DNA of 64,000 nucleotides from Selaginella moellendorffii (Eukaryota; Plantae; Lycopodiophyta): NCBI RefSeq assembly GCF_000143415.4, contig NW_003314270.1, positions 248,001 to 312,000 of the forward strand, read 5' to 3'. Shown piece by piece: positions 61,625 to 64,000 of this stretch (position 1 is its first letter; each line of letters starts with the position of its first letter). The notes under the pieces were generated by a model. It saw only the letters and a program-made list of their open reading frames with translations, ran no database searches and was not told where the DNA came from. The position numbers and the translations under genes were made by a program.

Positions 61625-62684
61625 AGCTTACCTGACGAGAGCTTCGACAATAGAAAAATCCAAGCGAGACTTAGTTTTAAATGCTTTAGGTACAAATATT
61701 TCAAAAAGAGAAAACATTTTTAATTTGATGTTTTAGACTCAATCTTAATGTACTTCCAGTAAACGAAAGTTTTTTACTCCTATCCATTGCTGTTTTGATA
61801 TTCTCACAGCACAACATAGCTCACAGCTCCTCTAGAGGTCAACACCAGTAAATCAGTCAAAACGCAACAATTGTATCGATCCCAAAAATCCAAAGCTTTT
61901 CTCTTCACCATTCTAGTACTCATCCTGGCATTTCAAGAGGCTTTTAAGAGATGAGGTTTGGAAGGACTCGCAAGCTTTTATAGCCAAGCAGCTGCATGGA
62001 AATGGTATATACATACTCATACTCAAGGTCATGAAATCTCATTTTGGCAACATCCTATGAAGTGCTCCAAGTTTAAGGCTGAGGGATTTGTGGAGCATAC
62101 CCATACTCAAGAGAGATGTGTGTGGAATCCACAGGATGGGCTGCTTGATGTGTACGAGAGGGACCTCCTTGCAAAGCTGTTTCAGGAGGACTGAAGATCA
62201 TACCAATTGATTTATATTGTGTTTGTGTTACCAATTATTTTTTTTATCCTCTTGAATAACATTGCAAAACAAAAAACTAGTCTTTGTTCCTCTTGTGAAT
62301 ATTTATATTATTATTATAATTATTAGTAACACTAATATTATTTGGTATTTTGGTTTGCTAGTAAATATATTTAGCTACATAATTGTATAGCTAAAAGTCT
62401 TTTAGAATGAGTAACTTTTTTTTCTTACATAATTTCAAAATTAGAAATGTCACTTCCACATTCTTTCAAAGTTTAAGCGCATTTGCTTTTAGTCTCTCAT
62501 AGCCCCTAAACAAACAAATAGAAATGTTGAGCACACTTCATCAATTCAAAAAAATTAATCATTAAAAGCTTACTAGATTATATACAGATCTACCAATAAA
62601 GAGAGCCAGGTCAACAAAAAGAGTCATTAAAAATAAAATTTTAAAATATTTTAGTACACTAAAGAATATTTTCTTAATGTTTTA

Positions 62685-64000
62685 TGCACATTTCTATATT
62701 CCATTTCCATATTCCATGCACTCACATTGGTGGAGATGAGGGGCATTATAATTGTCCCTGAGGAGTATTTGGATTTGGGATTTTAATTTAGATCTAGCTT
62801 TTGCATCATTTAAATTTCCATTTCCTTATAGTTTTTATGTTATGCAATTGTAATTGAATAATTAAACTCAATTCATGGCAGCATTTATGACGTGCAATAC
62901 AGCTCTTCTTACTTTTGCTGCCAATCCTCGTGTTTGGATGGAGTTCTTCTATGGGAGTCCTAGGGATAATATGTACCATTGGTTTAATCACTTTATAATG
63001 ATTATTATATATAATTCTTGGGATGATGCTTGGTATTTGCATGAATTTCCCATATGTCTTTAAAGGATAGCACTGCAATTGTATAATAGTTTAAGCATAA
63101 CCACTCATAAGGATTGAAGCATTCTCCTAGACGTCTTCAAATGCGTATTTGGACATGCTAGTGATCATGATGATGCCTTCTAACAAATGCATCATCTTTG
63201 TCAAGGGCTATCCGAGTTTGTGATAAAAAAGCTGTATAGGTATTTCTATTGGCCGAAGATGTGATGTAATATTATCTAATATGTGCATAGCTATGTTTGG
63301 TGCCAGGCTCATAATATTCCCTTTCATATTGCAGTATGATGGTTGGCCTCCTTAATCAAGTGGTTTCAACATTTTTGTCCAAAGGAAATTTTTTTAGATA
63401 ATAGTCTCACATTTATAGTAGAAGCATTTCAAGTTTTGACATCTTATGCCACACTATTATCCATAGTTAGATGGTTTAGTGAAATACATTATTTGGATTT
63501 TCAAAGGGATAATCATGAAGTAAATGAACTTTTAGCAATTAAATTGGGATAGTTAGTTGCCATCTCTTTGATATGCATATGTCACAGGGGTATAGAGTTC
63601 TATTGGTGCTTTATTATATAAACTCTTATTTGGTTATGATTCAATACTATAACAGAGTTAAGTTTACCTTTACAATTGCTACGAGCTACTGATACTAGAT
63701 CTTGGGATCAATATTTAATGAAACTCTGAAGTGTATGAATGATGTGCAACACTTCCTGGGCAAGATGCAGTATCTCGGTAGTTTTGTTGATCATCTTTTT
63801 TATCACACTACACTGTTGCGAGTATTGCTAAAGTCATCAATATCATCTTTCATTTAGTCTACATATTGTGAGCGAGCATTTACAGATCTCAAAGAGCTAT
63901 TGACGACTCTTCCAATTTTGGTATATCCTAACTATACTTAACCTTTTATTTTGCATATGGATGCTTTTGACATTAGTTTTAGAGGTGTATTGATGCAAAA
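62685..64000 (+). mobile_element. Family A copy 3, deleted and rearranged (runs off window end)
   Basis: LTR end CACA at 62726; best-preserved PBS TGGTGGAGATGAGGGG at 62728; gag remnant jumps to integrase (~63215), then back to RT/RNase H (~63740). Confidence 0.82.

Noticed and set aside
61958-62194. WW-domain-like small ORF with repeated HTHTQ
   Set aside because: Non-ATG start and poor motif spacing; cannot be supported without a profile search.

Overview
Eukaryotic plant genomic DNA, most likely a lycophyte such as Selaginella. This is inferred from the ~50-nt introns, short-repeat PPR genes, LysM-GH18 chitinase and ZNFX1-type helicase. The window has a compact gene island (about 7-30 kb) containing an F-box gene, a trihelix gene, a ZNFX1-like PB1-CCCH-helicase-NFX1-RING-TPR-RZ gene, two PPR genes, a LysM chitinase, TMEM230, several pseudogenes and an orphan 18S fragment. 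A deeply nested retrotransposon cluster follows (30.7-57.8 kb). Four LTR families are resolved, three of them with target-site duplications (TSDs): (A) an old tRNA-Ala-primed Ty3/gypsy, (B) a non-coding LARD-like family, (C) a full-length chromovirus, and (D) Cassandra-type TRIMs carrying 5S rRNA sequence. Main observations: (1) the chromovirus integrase gene is interrupted by two short GT-AG introns whose removal exactly restores conserved motifs; (2) a family-B element and a Cassandra are fused head-to-head through PPT-side remnants and share one 5-bp TSD, suggesting two different cDNAs co-integrated; (3) B, C and D share termini, PBS and PPT, and B and C also share a tRNA-like 3' module, suggesting a helper/parasite system; (4) all three Cassandra copies carry the same single-base difference between 5' and 3' LTR. 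All alignments were done by eye and no database searches were run.
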